Shown here: positions 9,126 to 18,623 of the stretch, one piece after another
How positions within the stretch are numbered: position 1 is the stretch's first letter
Layout of the letters: the number at the start of each line of letters is the position of its first letter
Assembly: GCA_037442105.1 (NCBI GenBank)
Contig: JBBIQV010000016.1
Coordinates: 1 to 56,063, forward strand
Reading direction: 5' to 3'
DNA from: Nitrospiraceae bacterium
Lineage (GTDB): Bacteria; Nitrospirota; Nitrospiria; Nitrospirales; Nitrospiraceae
Length of the DNA: 56,063 nt
Program-made: the position numbers and the translations under genes
The notes under the pieces: generated by a model
What the model was told of the DNA's origin: nothing
The model's database searches: none
The model's input: only the letters and a program-made list of their open reading frames with translations

Positions 9126-9283
9126 GGATGGTCCATGTAATGGGGGTCAAATTGTGCCGCAGCCTTTCGGAAGATGCAAGCATCCCCTCCACACCCTCAT
9201 GACGCGGTGAGGATGACGGTCCTCCGTGGTGCTGGACAAATGGCTGCCTTATAATGGAAATTAATCGAACCCGAGACTCTCCG

Positions 9284-11029
9284 ATGCCGACCGACCGCCG
9301 CCAGCCGCCACGCCTGTCAGCCAACGCCCTCACGGTGCTTCGCCGGCGCTATCTCGCCAAGAATCTCCGGGGTCGTACGGTGGAAACGCCAGCACAAGCC
9401 TTTTGGCGCGTGGCTAAGAACATCGCACAAGCCGAACAACTCTATCCCCCGAAGACGAGACTCCGTGATGCGGCGGCGCGCTTCTATGCGCTCATGAGCG
9501 GGCTGGACTTTCTGCCGAATTCGCCCACCCTCATGAATGCAGGCCGCCCCCTCCAGCAACTTTCGGCCTGTTTCGTGCTGCCCGTCGAGGATTCCTTGGA
9601 GTCCATCTTCGACGCGATCAAACATCAGGCCTTGATCCATCAGTCCGGCGGAGGGACGGGGTTTTCGTTCAGCCACTTGCGTCCCAAGGACGATCGCGTT
9701 GCCTCCACCAGCGGCGTCGCCTCCGGCCCCGTGACCTTTATGCGGATTTTCAATACCGCCACCGACGTGATCAAACAAGGCGGCACCAGGCGCGGCGCCA
9801 ACATGGGCATCTTGCGGATCGACCATCCGGACATCCTCGATTTCATCTCGATCAAAGAGAATCCGCGCGAGATGACGAATTTCAACCTGTCGGTCGCCGT
9901 CACCGATTCATTCATGCGGGCATTGGAAGGCCGCCGGGCGTATCCGCTCATCAATCCTCGCACCCGGCGCGCCGTCGGTCGTCTGCCGGCCGACCTCGTA
10001 TTCGATCGCCTGGTGGAAGCGGCGTGGCGCAGCGGCGAGCCCGGACTTGTCTTTCTGGATACGATCAATCGAGCCAACCCAACTCCTCATCTGGGCTCCA
10101 TCGAAGCGACGAATCCCTGCGGCGAGCAACCGCTGCTTCCTCATGAGTCCTGCACGCTCGGCTCCATCAATGTCGCGCATTTCGTCAGCGGTTCTCCCCA
10201 AGCCCGGTCCATCGATTACGATCGCCTCGCGGAAGTCATTCCTCTGGCCGTTCGCTTCCTCGACAACGTGATCGATATGAATCACTACCCACTTCCCGGC
10301 ATCGAACGAATGACCAAGTCCACGCGCAAGATCGGACTGGGAGTCATGGGATTCGCGGATCTGCTGATCCAGCTCTCCATTCCCTATGACACGGACGCTG
10401 CGCTCAAGATCGGTGAGGAACTGATGCGCTTTATCCAGAAGCAGGCACACTCGGCCTCAGCCGAGTTGGCACGCGCCCGTGGCGTGTTTCCGGCTTTCAA
10501 GGGAAGCCGGCTCGAGGCGGCGCGGCGCCGCCTCCGCAATGCCACGGTGACGACCATCGCGCCTACCGGCACGATCAGCATCATCGCGGACTGTTCGCCT
10601 GGAATCGAGCCCTTGTACGGTGTCAGTTTCACACGAACCGTCATGGAAGACGTCCGCCTGCCCACAATCCATCCTGAGTTTCTGCGCTGCGCAAAACATG
10701 CCGGCATCCACTCGGACAAGCTCATTCAACGGCTGGCGGCTGATGTGTCGATCCAACACCTGCATGACCTCCCGCAGGACTTGCGGCGTTTGTTCGTCAC
10801 GGCGCAGGACATTTCCGCCGAACAGCACGTGCGGATGCAGGCCGTGTTCCAACATTACAGCGACAGCGGCGTCTCCAAAACGATCAATCTCCCGCCGACC
10901 GCCACTGCAGCCGACGTCGCTGCCGCATTTCGGCTCGCCTACCGTCTTGGCTGCAAAGGGATCACGGTGTTTCGATCCGGCAGCCGGGACAGGCAAGTCC
11001 TGTCCTGTTCACAAATCCAGTACTGTTGA
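9284..11029 (+). CDS. nrdJ: Class II (adenosylcobalamin-dependent) ribonucleotide reductase, short form
   Basis: PNSPTLMNAG, QLSACFV, GGGTGF, QGGTRRGANM, TNPCGEQ, ESCTLGSIN, TIAPTGT, SKTIN, KGITVFR; no adjacent nrdB. Confidence 0.88.
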   Translation: MPTDRRQPPRLSANALTVLRRRYLAKNLRGRTVETPAQAFWRVAKNIAQAEQLYPPKTRLRDAAARFYALMSGLDFLPNSPTLMNAGRPLQQLSACFVLPVEDSLESIFDAIKHQALIHQSGGGTGFSFSHLRPKDDRVASTSGVASGPVTFMRIFNTATDVIKQGGTRRGANMGILRIDHPDILDFISIKENPREMTNFNLSVAVTDSFMRALEGRRAYPLINPRTRRAVGRLPADLVFDRLVEAAWRSGEPGLVFLDTINRANPTPHLGSIEATNPCGEQPLLPHESCTLGSINVAHFVSGSPQARSIDYDRLAEVIPLAVRFLDNVIDMNHYPLPGIERMTKSTRKIGLGVMGFADLLIQLSIPYDTDAALKIGEELMRFIQKQAHSASAELARARGVFPAFKGSRLEAARRRLRNATVTTIAPTGTISIIADCSPGIEPLYGVSFTRTVMEDVRLPTIHPEFLRCAKHAGIHSDKLIQRLAADVSIQHLHDLPQDLRRLFVTAQDISAEQHVRMQAVFQHYSDSGVSKTINLPPTATAADVAAAFRLAYRLGCKGITVFRSGSRDRQVLSCSQIQYC

Positions 11030-11121
11030 TATGAGTTGCAAGAATTGACAGTGCCAACCGATGGTGGTAAGTACTCGCCGGTATCTCCGGTGTTCTCTAC
11101 CGTTCAGCAGGGAGGTCTGGG

Positions 11122-11835
11122 ATGCATACGTCTGCGGCAATGTCGGTATCGACAGGGAGCCGACTGGATTGGACGCTCCTCTTCGCTCGCGAACCTGAGC
11201 CGGACGTCGAGTTCACGGAGGAGGAGCTGGAGGAATCTGCCAATTCTCGATCGTCCTCTCCGAAAACTCCCAAACGTTCCGGTGGACGTCCCCTCCTTTG
11301 GGTGCTGCTGCTCGTGCTCGCCGGAGGCGCGGCGTACTTGTCCATGGAACCTGACATGCTCATGGGCCTGCTGAGCCCGATCCTGGGTGAATCTACCCCG
11401 CAGCCACAGGTTGCGAAACCGCCGTCGAGACCCGGCGATCTAAAGACAGTGTCCCCAGCCGCAGCTCCGGCTCCGGCTCCAGTTCCTTCATCCACCCCTA
11501 CAGTTCAAGTTCCCTCTCCACCTCCTCCACCGATGGCACCGACACCTGCCCCGGCCGGCATGGCCCAACAGACAACGACATCGCCCGCCCCCCCTGCTCC
11601 GCTTTTTGGAGAAAGCCAGCGGGTGACGGTTGTCCTCGATCCGAACAGCCCCGGCGATTCTATTACCCTCTCGCTGGATGCGTCGGGGACGCAGCCCGGC
11701 CCCACGATCCGTCCCGGCATGACCTTGATCGTATTGGACGGCGAGCTCTCCAACAACTCATGGGTCTATGCTGTTCGGGCTGAGGACGGTTCCAAAGGAT
11801 GGGTCGCAGAGAAACGGCTGCGGCTCAAATTCTAG
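11122..11835 (+). CDS. Hypothetical bitopic membrane protein, Pro-rich linker, SH3-like C-terminus
   Basis: GGAGG SD; TM LLWVLLLVLAGGAAYL; C-terminal WVYAVRAEDGSKGWVAEKRL. Confidence 0.7.
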   Translation: MHTSAAMSVSTGSRLDWTLLFAREPEPDVEFTEEELEESANSRSSSPKTPKRSGGRPLLWVLLLVLAGGAAYLSMEPDMLMGLLSPILGESTPQPQVAKPPSRPGDLKTVSPAAAPAPAPVPSSTPTVQVPSPPPPPMAPTPAPAGMAQQTTTSPAPPAPLFGESQRVTVVLDPNSPGDSITLSLDASGTQPGPTIRPGMTLIVLDGELSNNSWVYAVRAEDGSKGWVAEKRLRLKF

Positions 11836-11927
11836 CGCACATTGATCGTACTCCCCTTGCTTCTTCTTCTCGCCTCGATGTCACTGCGCCGGGGTGAAGC
11901 CGCTTCCTATGGTATAATGCGCCGCCT

Positions 11928-12617
11928 GTGGCTACTTTGCGCGCGATCATATTCGATTTTGACGGCGTGATCGCCGATACCGAACCATTGCACTTCGCCG
12001 GTCTTCGCGAGGTCCTTGGTGAGCAGGGCATCGTGCTGACCGAAGCGGAGTACTATGCACAGTATCTCGGCTATGACGACAAAGGCTGTTTCGCGGCCGC
12101 CCTTTCGGCTCATGATCGACCCACTTCACCCGCGCTGATCGATGCATTAGTCGCCCGCAAGGCAAAGGTTTATCTCGCATCGATTCAACGCCATCTGGTC
12201 ATCTTTCCCGGCGTGCGTGAATTCGTACGCGACGCCGCCGGCCGATATCCGTTGGCGATCGCCTCCGGGGCGCTGCGACACGAGATCGAACTGATTTTAG
12301 ACTGTGCCGGCATTCGCAAGGAATTTCAGCACATCACCAGCTCTGAGGACGTCACGAACGGCAAACCGGATCCGCAAGGATTTCTCCACGCATTGGCTGC
12401 GCTCAATCGTCGCCATCCAGGGAAAACCATCCTGCCGGCAGATTGCCTGGTCATTGAAGACTCGATTCCCGGCATTCGAGGCGCCCACGCTGCCGGCATG
12501 AAAGTCCTGGCAGTGGCGAACACGCACACCGTTCAAGATCTGCATGAAGCCGATACCATTGCCCATTCCTTGGAGCAGGTCCGATTGCCTGAACTGCGCG
12601 ACCGGATGTGGGGATAA
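11928..12617 (+). CDS. HAD-superfamily phosphatase (beta-PGM-like)
   Basis: FDFDGVIADTE, ASG, KPDP, IEDS; TGGTATAAT extended -10 just upstream. Confidence 0.93.
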   Translation: MATLRAIIFDFDGVIADTEPLHFAGLREVLGEQGIVLTEAEYYAQYLGYDDKGCFAAALSAHDRPTSPALIDALVARKAKVYLASIQRHLVIFPGVREFVRDAAGRYPLAIASGALRHEIELILDCAGIRKEFQHITSSEDVTNGKPDPQGFLHALAALNRRHPGKTILPADCLVIEDSIPGIRGAHAAGMKVLAVANTHTVQDLHEADTIAHSLEQVRLPELRDRMWG

Positions 12618-12672
12618 AAAACGTCAACGGTCGATGGTCAACGTCATCTGAACCTCTCAAGCCACTATATCC

Positions 12673-13545
12673 ATGAACCTCGCCGATGCCCAGGCCTACT
12701 GTACCGCCGTCACGAAACGGAGCGGCAGCAACTTCTACTACTCGTTCCTCTTCTTGCCGAAACCGCGCCGAGACGCGATGTACACCATCTATGCCTTCTG
12801 CAAAGAAGTCGACAGCGCGGTCGATGAGCCCCCGCCGGGCAGCGCTCCCCAAGATCAACTTCGCCGATGGCGCGCGGAGCTCGACGCCGCCTATCACGGC
12901 ACGCCGGCATCTCCGGTGACGATCAGCCTGGCCGATCACGCCAACCGTCTCGCCATCCCGCAGGAGTATTTTTCTGAACTGATCAACGGTGTGGAAATGG
13001 ATCTCACCACTCCGCGATACGCCACGTTCCATGACCTCTCGCTTTACTGTTACCGTGTCGCCTCGGTGGTGGGCCTCATTTGCCTGCATATCTTCGGGAC
13101 CACCTCGGCGCGCGCACGCGAGTATGCCATCAACCTCGGCATGGCGTTTCAGCTCACGAATATTTTGCGCGACGTCGGAAACGATGCCGAGCGGGGCCGG
13201 ATCTACCTCCCGCAAGAAGATCTGGCCCGCTTTCAGTGCAGCGAGAAAGAACTCCTGCGACGAAAACTGTCGCCGCAGTTCGTCGAGCTTATGCGCTTCG
13301 AGTCCGCCCGTGCTCACAGTTTTTACGCCCACGCGCGCGAAGCCCTGCAAGCCTTACCGGCACAAGAACGGCGTGCCCTCGCGGTCGCCGAAATCATGCG
13401 AGGGGTTTACAGCCGCATCCTGCGCCATATCGATCGGTCCGGGTACAATGTCTTTGGCTCCCGCCTCACACTCTCGATGCCGCATCGACTGACGGTGGCG
13501 CTGGGAGTCTGGCTGCGCGAGCGTCTGCTTGCGACCTTCTCATGA
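12673..13545 (+). CDS. hpnD: Presqualene diphosphate synthase HpnD (phytoene/squalene synthase family)
   Basis: SGSNFYYSFLFL, DSAVD, YCYRVASVVG, QLTNILRDV..D..RGRIYLP; adjacent to hpnE-like gene. Confidence 0.85.
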   Translation: MNLADAQAYCTAVTKRSGSNFYYSFLFLPKPRRDAMYTIYAFCKEVDSAVDEPPPGSAPQDQLRRWRAELDAAYHGTPASPVTISLADHANRLAIPQEYFSELINGVEMDLTTPRYATFHDLSLYCYRVASVVGLICLHIFGTTSARAREYAINLGMAFQLTNILRDVGNDAERGRIYLPQEDLARFQCSEKELLRRKLSPQFVELMRFESARAHSFYAHAREALQALPAQERRALAVAEIMRGVYSRILRHIDRSGYNVFGSRLTLSMPHRLTVALGVWLRERLLATFS

Positions 13546-14906
13546 ACCGGACTGTCTTGATCGTCGGCGGCGGCATGGCCGGCATGACCGCCGCACTGCG
13601 GCTTTCTGCGCAGGGATATCACATCACGATAATCGACTCGGCCCCCCGTCTGGGTGGACGACTAGCCGAAACCGAAGATATTCCGTTTATCCTGTTCAGG
13701 TGCCACACTGCAACGTGGTCGCTTCTGGAATGGTTGGGAACCGCGGCGGAGATCCGCCGCGATCCTCCGTGCCCACTAGAATTCCTTTTGGCCGACGGAC
13801 GACTGACTCGTCCGTCCTTGGGTCGTCTGCCCGCCCCCTTTCATATTGTCAGGTTACTCCTCGGCTTTCGAGGATTGCCGTGGAGGGACCGTTGGCATCT
13901 TCTCAACTTTCTCGAACGGGCCTGGGAAAACGCAACCCCGCTTCCGTCCGATCTGGAGAGCCGCACCGCAGAGGAATGGCTCACGGACATCAACCAATCC
14001 TCGACCGCCCGCGACAGCTTGTGGGCTCCCCTCTCCCGATTCTTCCTTGGAGGCGGCCTCCAACACGTGTCGGCCGGCATGTTGACCGGCATGCTCCGCC
14101 GCCATTATCTGACACAGCCAAAACACGCAACGATGTTCCTTCCATCTGTACCGATCAAGAGACTCATACTCGACCCAGCTTTCCAACAGTTGACCCACGC
14201 GGGTGTACGATTCCGACTCGGCAGCGCGGCCACACAGTTCCATTTCAATCGCGAGCGGGTCGCCGGCGTCCGGCTGCAAGACGGCTCGACGCTCACTGCC
14301 GACTGGTATATCGCTGCCTTGCCATATGACCGCCTCCAGCCCTTGCTTCCCGAGCGGATCATGACCCACTACGCCACATTCGAGCACCTCGCCCGCTTAC
14401 AGTCTGTACCGAGTCTCACGGCGCAATTCCATGGGAGCACCCCGGTCCAGGCTCCTCGGATCATCATGCTGGTTAATCGAACCTTTCATTGGCTTGCCGT
14501 CAGGCCCTCGCTATCGCCCGGCACCGGAAACACGCTGATCACGTTGATGTATGTCGGCGTGGGTGAACGGCTGACTCAGCCCGATGAGCACATTCTCCTT
14601 GCGGCCCAACGCGACCTCGCTGCGGTAGATGCTTCCCTGGGACATGCCTCACATGGGGAATGGCGCATTGTGCGACATCCCAATGCTTTCCTCTCGATGG
14701 AACCAGGCAGTCGCCCCTATCGCCCTTTGCAGCAGACCCCATTCGAAAATCTCTTGTTGGCTGGTGACTGGACTGAGACCGGCTGGCCCTCGTCCATGGA
14801 AGGCGCCGTGCTGAGCGGCAACCGATGCGCAGAACTCATCGCCACATCGGCCGCGAGAGACGCTGTCGCACTGACGACAACGGAGACGGGCCGCACGAAC
14901 AACTAA
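13542..14906 (+). CDS. hpnE: Hydroxysqualene dehydroxylase HpnE-like FAD oxidoreductase
   Basis: IVGGGMAG, LGGR, LAGDWTETGWPSSMEGAVLSG; ATGA overlap with hpnD stop. Confidence 0.82.
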   Translation: MNRTVLIVGGGMAGMTAALRLSAQGYHITIIDSAPRLGGRLAETEDIPFILFRCHTATWSLLEWLGTAAEIRRDPPCPLEFLLADGRLTRPSLGRLPAPFHIVRLLLGFRGLPWRDRWHLLNFLERAWENATPLPSDLESRTAEEWLTDINQSSTARDSLWAPLSRFFLGGGLQHVSAGMLTGMLRRHYLTQPKHATMFLPSVPIKRLILDPAFQQLTHAGVRFRLGSAATQFHFNRERVAGVRLQDGSTLTADWYIAALPYDRLQPLLPERIMTHYATFEHLARLQSVPSLTAQFHGSTPVQAPRIIMLVNRTFHWLAVRPSLSPGTGNTLITLMYVGVGERLTQPDEHILLAAQRDLAAVDASLGHASHGEWRIVRHPNAFLSMEPGSRPYRPLQQTPFENLLLAGDWTETGWPSSMEGAVLSGNRCAELIATSAARDAVALTTTETGRTNN

Positions 14907-14933
14907 CCAGGGTTAAAGCCGGTTTTTGACCGG

Positions 14934-14962
14934 TTGACAACGTCCCCTCCCCTGCCTAAGAT
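14934..14962 (+). promoter_or_regulatory. Sigma70-type promoter for the uracil-DNA glycosylase gene
   Basis: TTGACA-N17-TAAGAT. Confidence 0.6.
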
Positions 14963-14991
14963 GCCCTCCCATCCAAATCTATTGCGACCCC

Positions 14992-15660
14992 ATGCATACG
15001 ACGCTCACCCCGCTTCAGGAACTCGCCAAATCCCTGCACAATTGTCAACGGTGTAAGCTGGCAAAGCTCGGTCGGACCCGGGTCGTGTTTGGAGTGGGGA
15101 ATCCTCACGCCACCATCATGTTCGTGGGGGAAGCGCCCGGCTTCAACGAAGATCAACAGGGGGAGCCGTTCGTCGGGGCTGCGGGGAAACTACTCAACGA
15201 CTTGCTGCAGTCGGCTGGATTGTCACGATCTGAAATTTACATCGCCAACGTCATCAAGTGCCGGCCACCGGGCAACCGTGACCCGGAACCGGATGAAGTC
15301 GAGACCTGCAAACCGTTCCTGATGCAGCAGATCGACATGATTCGTCCGAAGCTGGTCTGTACCTTGGGAAACTGGGCCACCCAGACGCTGTTGGAACGAA
15401 AGGTCGGGATTACCAAAGTTCGCGGGCAGGCCTTTTATCTGAAGCACTTCGTCCTCTTCCCCTTGTTCCATCCCGCTGCCGCCCTCCACCAAGGAGGGCT
15501 CATCGAGCCTTTACGGGAAGACTTCAAGAAGCTGAAGGAGTTCCTGGATCGCCACAGCCGTGAACAACCGCCAGCCGAAGGACAATCGCCACCTGCCGGA
15601 CGAGCGCTCCATCTGGAACCTCCACTACAGCCGCATCAAATGGATCTTTTCGGATCCTGA
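14992..15660 (+). CDS. udg: Family 4 uracil-DNA glycosylase (Fe-S)
   Basis: CQRCKL, GEAPG, PFVGAAG, KCRPPGNRDP, HPAA. Confidence 0.93.
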   Translation: MHTTLTPLQELAKSLHNCQRCKLAKLGRTRVVFGVGNPHATIMFVGEAPGFNEDQQGEPFVGAAGKLLNDLLQSAGLSRSEIYIANVIKCRPPGNRDPEPDEVETCKPFLMQQIDMIRPKLVCTLGNWATQTLLERKVGITKVRGQAFYLKHFVLFPLFHPAAALHQGGLIEPLREDFKKLKEFLDRHSREQPPAEGQSPPAGRALHLEPPLQPHQMDLFGS

Positions 15661-15694
15661 GGCTGCCTTCATCCCCGTCACAGAGACTTTTCTC

Positions 15695-16150
15695 TCACGA
15701 TTTGGTGGCTGCCTTCTCTTCATCCTGCGTTCCAGCTACTCCTTCGTCCGACGCCCCGCCTTCTGCTTTCCCTTCCGGTTCTTCAAACCACGACACCAGC
15801 ATGTCTTCCCACCAGGTATCGTCCACCTCAGCGCCCGGATCCACACCGAGAAACGCCACGTCGTCTTCTGTCACAGACCGGCCGACCAGGTTGGGCTGAT
15901 GCTTGGCTCGCTCAATGACCTCTCTGGTCGCATAGCCACCGACGATCCACGAGTCGGGATCAGCCCGATGCGACTTATACGCCTTGAGTTCCAGCTTCAG
16001 GTACATAAAGATCTGCCGCTGCAGCTCATCGCCCACGCCGGATTGCGGCAGGCTTAAAGTCTTTTCGATCTTCTTGCGCCACCGCCGGTCGTCGTACCGC
16101 GACGTAATCAATTGGAGCATCCGTTTCCCATCATCCTGATTTAGAGCCAT
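15695..16150 (-). CDS. Hypothetical protein (151 aa)
   Basis: ORF with protein-like composition and purine-rich upstream region. Confidence 0.7.
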   Translation of the reverse strand: MALNQDDGKRMLQLITSRYDDRRWRKKIEKTLSLPQSGVGDELQRQIFMYLKLELKAYKSHRADPDSWIVGGYATREVIERAKHQPNLVGRSVTEDDVAFLGVDPGAEVDDTWWEDMLVSWFEEPEGKAEGGASDEGVAGTQDEEKAATKS

Positions 16151-16227
16151 GTATTGTTCTCTCTCTTTCCCTCAGCGAACGATTGACATGTTCCGAAAAT
16201 GCTCCAGCGTCTGTATGCTGTCGAATC

Positions 16228-16258
16228 GGGCGGTCGAGGGGAATTATCTCGACCGCCC
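16228..16258. terminator. 11-bp GC-rich hairpin, possible terminator or processing site
   Basis: GGGCGGTCGAG / CTCGACCGCCC; no clear U-tract. Confidence 0.35.
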
Positions 16259-16286
16259 CCCTCCGTTCACCCTTCTCCGGTTCGAC

Positions 16287-16372
16287 GGGTGGCCCGACTG
16301 TCCTTCACTGCGCGCGTCCACCGAGCACTTCCGAATGCGGGGTGCGCGAGCACAAGGGCGGCCGGACCACCC
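16287..16372. repeat. Structured intergenic repeat, copy 1
   Basis: 48-nt core 16306-16353 matches copy 2 at 46/48 nt; enclosed by an imperfect 19-bp stem. Confidence 0.85.
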
Positions 16373-16380
16373 TCCCCTTT

Positions 16381-17085
16381 TCACGCCAGATGTTTCCTGA
16401 AGAAGGCCAGCGTTCGCCCCCACGCGTCTTTGGCTTCCGCGGGCTTGTACACATCTTTCCGCGTATCGTTGAAGAACGCGTGCGGCGCACCAGGATAGGT
16501 CTTGATCTCGCCGGCCTTGCGGTATTTCTTCAGCGCCGTCGCCAGTCGCTGTACATCGGCCTTGGTAATCCACCCGTCGTCTTCCCCATAGATATACAAG
16601 ACCGGACAGGCGAGCTGCTGGAGTGGCGTGTCGGGGTTCGGCACCTGACCATAGAAGGGAACGGCTGCTTTGATGTCGGCAGTCGTACAAGGCAACATCA
16701 ATGCATACGACCCCCCCATGCAAAAGCCTGTTACGCCGATCCGGCCCGCATCTATGTCCGAAACGGTTTTTGCGTATGCCACTGTGGCTCTCAGATCTTT
16801 CAACCCATCTTCCAATTTGAGTGCATTCATCAACTGACCGGCTTCGTTCGGATTCGTCGTGATCCTGTTCCCCAACCGCGAGTACAGGTCCGGGGCAATC
16901 GCGATATAACCCTCCTTGGCGTACCGCTGGGCGATATCTTTGACATGATCGTTCAGGCCCCACCATTCCTGGACCACGATGATCGCCGGCCGCTTCTCTC
17001 TGGTCTGCGGACCAGCCAGATACGCCCGAACGGTCACGCCTTCGCTGGGATACTGCACCATCATATCTTTGATCGATTCGGCCAT
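16381..17085 (-). CDS. Dienelactone hydrolase family protein
   Basis: QEWWGLN, APDLY, GFCMGG nucleophile, YPGAPHAF; AAGGAGG SD. Confidence 0.93.
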   Translation of the reverse strand: MAESIKDMMVQYPSEGVTVRAYLAGPQTREKRPAIIVVQEWWGLNDHVKDIAQRYAKEGYIAIAPDLYSRLGNRITTNPNEAGQLMNALKLEDGLKDLRATVAYAKTVSDIDAGRIGVTGFCMGGSYALMLPCTTADIKAAVPFYGQVPNPDTPLQQLACPVLYIYGEDDGWITKADVQRLATALKKYRKAGEIKTYPGAPHAFFNDTRKDVYKPAEAKDAWGRTLAFFRKHLA

Positions 17086-17108
17086 AGAAGCCTCCTTCAT
17101 CTCCGCAG

Positions 17109-18476
17109 TCAGCTTCCCGCGATCATCATTTCGCCGATCTTGATAGTCGGACTGGCAATGCGCCCGCGGAAGACGAGGTCGCTGCCGACCATCTCGATGT
17201 CCGCATACATCTGCTTGAGATTGCCGGCAATCGTGATCTCTTCGACCGGGTAGGCCAGCTCGCCGTTCTTGATCCAGAACCCACAGGCCCCGCGCGAATA
17301 ATCGCCCGTCACCATGTTAATCCCGAAGCCGATCAACTCGGTGACATAGAGGCCGTCCTTCACGGAACCGATGATCTCTGCCGATGTGGCGGTGCCAGGA
17401 ACCAAATAGAAATTCGTTGGACCGACGGACGGGCTTTCCCCGACGCTACGAGAGGCATTCCCGGTCGACGCGAGGCCCAGCTTTCGTCCAGAGTACGTAT
17501 CCAGTAAGTAGCTGCGCAACACACCCCGATCGACCACGGTGGTCTTACCGGTGGCCAACCCCTCGCCGTCAAAGGGACGCGACCCAAGCCCCCCGACCAT
17601 CCGTCCGTCGTCATAAATGGTCACGAAGTCCGGCGCGAGCGGCTTGTCCAATTGTCCGACGAGGAACGACGCTCCCTTGTACAGCGAATAACCAGATACC
17701 GCTGCGCACAAATTGCCCAGCAGACTGGCTGCCGTCTCCTGGTCGAACACGACAGGGGCGCGACGAGTCGAGACCTTTCTCGCGCCGAGCCGTCGAATAG
17801 TCCGTCGCGCCGCTTCTTCCCCGATCGATTCCGGGCCATCGAGTTTCGAGAACTTCCGCTGCACACCATACCAGGCGTCTCGTTGCATCGACCCGCCTTC
17901 CGGTGAAACCGCCACCGGCGACACCGACAAGGAGAAGCTCGAGCTTCGATACTCACCGACAAATCCGTGACTGTTTCCCAAGGTCACGCGCCCGGATGAC
18001 GCATCGAACTCCGCTCCCTCGGAGTTGGTGACCCGCGGATCAAAGGAGAGGGCCGCGGCCTCCGCGCGCCGCGCCAGCTCGATTTGTCGATCCGTCGGCA
18101 AGGTCGTTGGATCGTAGAGGTCCAGATCGGGCGCTTCCGCCGCCATTTGGTCCGGCGCCGGCAAACCGGACATCTCATCTTCCACAACCGCCTTTGCAAG
18201 GCGGCAAGTCTCCGCCACAAACCGGTCTAGGGAGTCCGGGGAAAAATCGGAGGTCGACGCACTAGCCGAGCGTTTTCCGACGAACACACGCAAGCCTAAC
18301 CGCTTCTCTTTTGCCTTGGTCAACCGATCGACCGCACCCAGCCGCACCTGAACGGACAGGGTTTCTCCATCGGCGACGATCACATCGGCATCCGACGCAC
18401 CCCGGCGCTTCGCCCGATCAAGAAGATCCGCCGTAAGTTCAGCCCAATTACGTTCTCCCGCTACAACTTCTTGCAT
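17109..18476 (-). CDS. pmbA: PmbA/TldE protease subunit
   Basis: SRPFDGEG, TGDYSRGACGFWIKNGE..YPVEEITIAGNL; follows tldD. Confidence 0.92.
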   Translation of the reverse strand: MQEVVAGERNWAELTADLLDRAKRRGASDADVIVADGETLSVQVRLGAVDRLTKAKEKRLGLRVFVGKRSASASTSDFSPDSLDRFVAETCRLAKAVVEDEMSGLPAPDQMAAEAPDLDLYDPTTLPTDRQIELARRAEAAALSFDPRVTNSEGAEFDASSGRVTLGNSHGFVGEYRSSSFSLSVSPVAVSPEGGSMQRDAWYGVQRKFSKLDGPESIGEEAARRTIRRLGARKVSTRRAPVVFDQETAASLLGNLCAAVSGYSLYKGASFLVGQLDKPLAPDFVTIYDDGRMVGGLGSRPFDGEGLATGKTTVVDRGVLRSYLLDTYSGRKLGLASTGNASRSVGESPSVGPTNFYLVPGTATSAEIIGSVKDGLYVTELIGFGINMVTGDYSRGACGFWIKNGELAYPVEEITIAGNLKQMYADIEMVGSDLVFRGRIASPTIKIGEMMIAGS

Positions 18477-18520
18477 GTTTCTCTATCTCCCACAAGAGCC
18501 GGTAGATGCGGCCACCTACT

Positions 18521-18623
18521 TGAGGAGGGACCGGCGAGGACTGTCTCCACTGCGCGCGTCCACCGAGCACTTCTGAGTGCGGGGTGCGCGAGCACCGAGA
18601 CAGTCCTCGCCGGTCCCTCCTCA
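18521..18623. repeat. Structured intergenic repeat, copy 2
   Basis: Perfect 27-bp stem 18521-18547/18597-18623 around core 18548-18595. Confidence 0.88.

Noticed and set aside
9140..9283. Cobalamin riboswitch or NrdR boxes upstream of nrdJ
   Set aside because: No recognisable B12-box or NrdR palindrome by eye; a covariance-model search would be needed to exclude them fully
13080..13541. N-terminal extension making hpnE 608 aa
   Set aside because: Overlaps hpnD; the Rossmann motif begins right after ATG 13542, which is coupled to the hpnD stop
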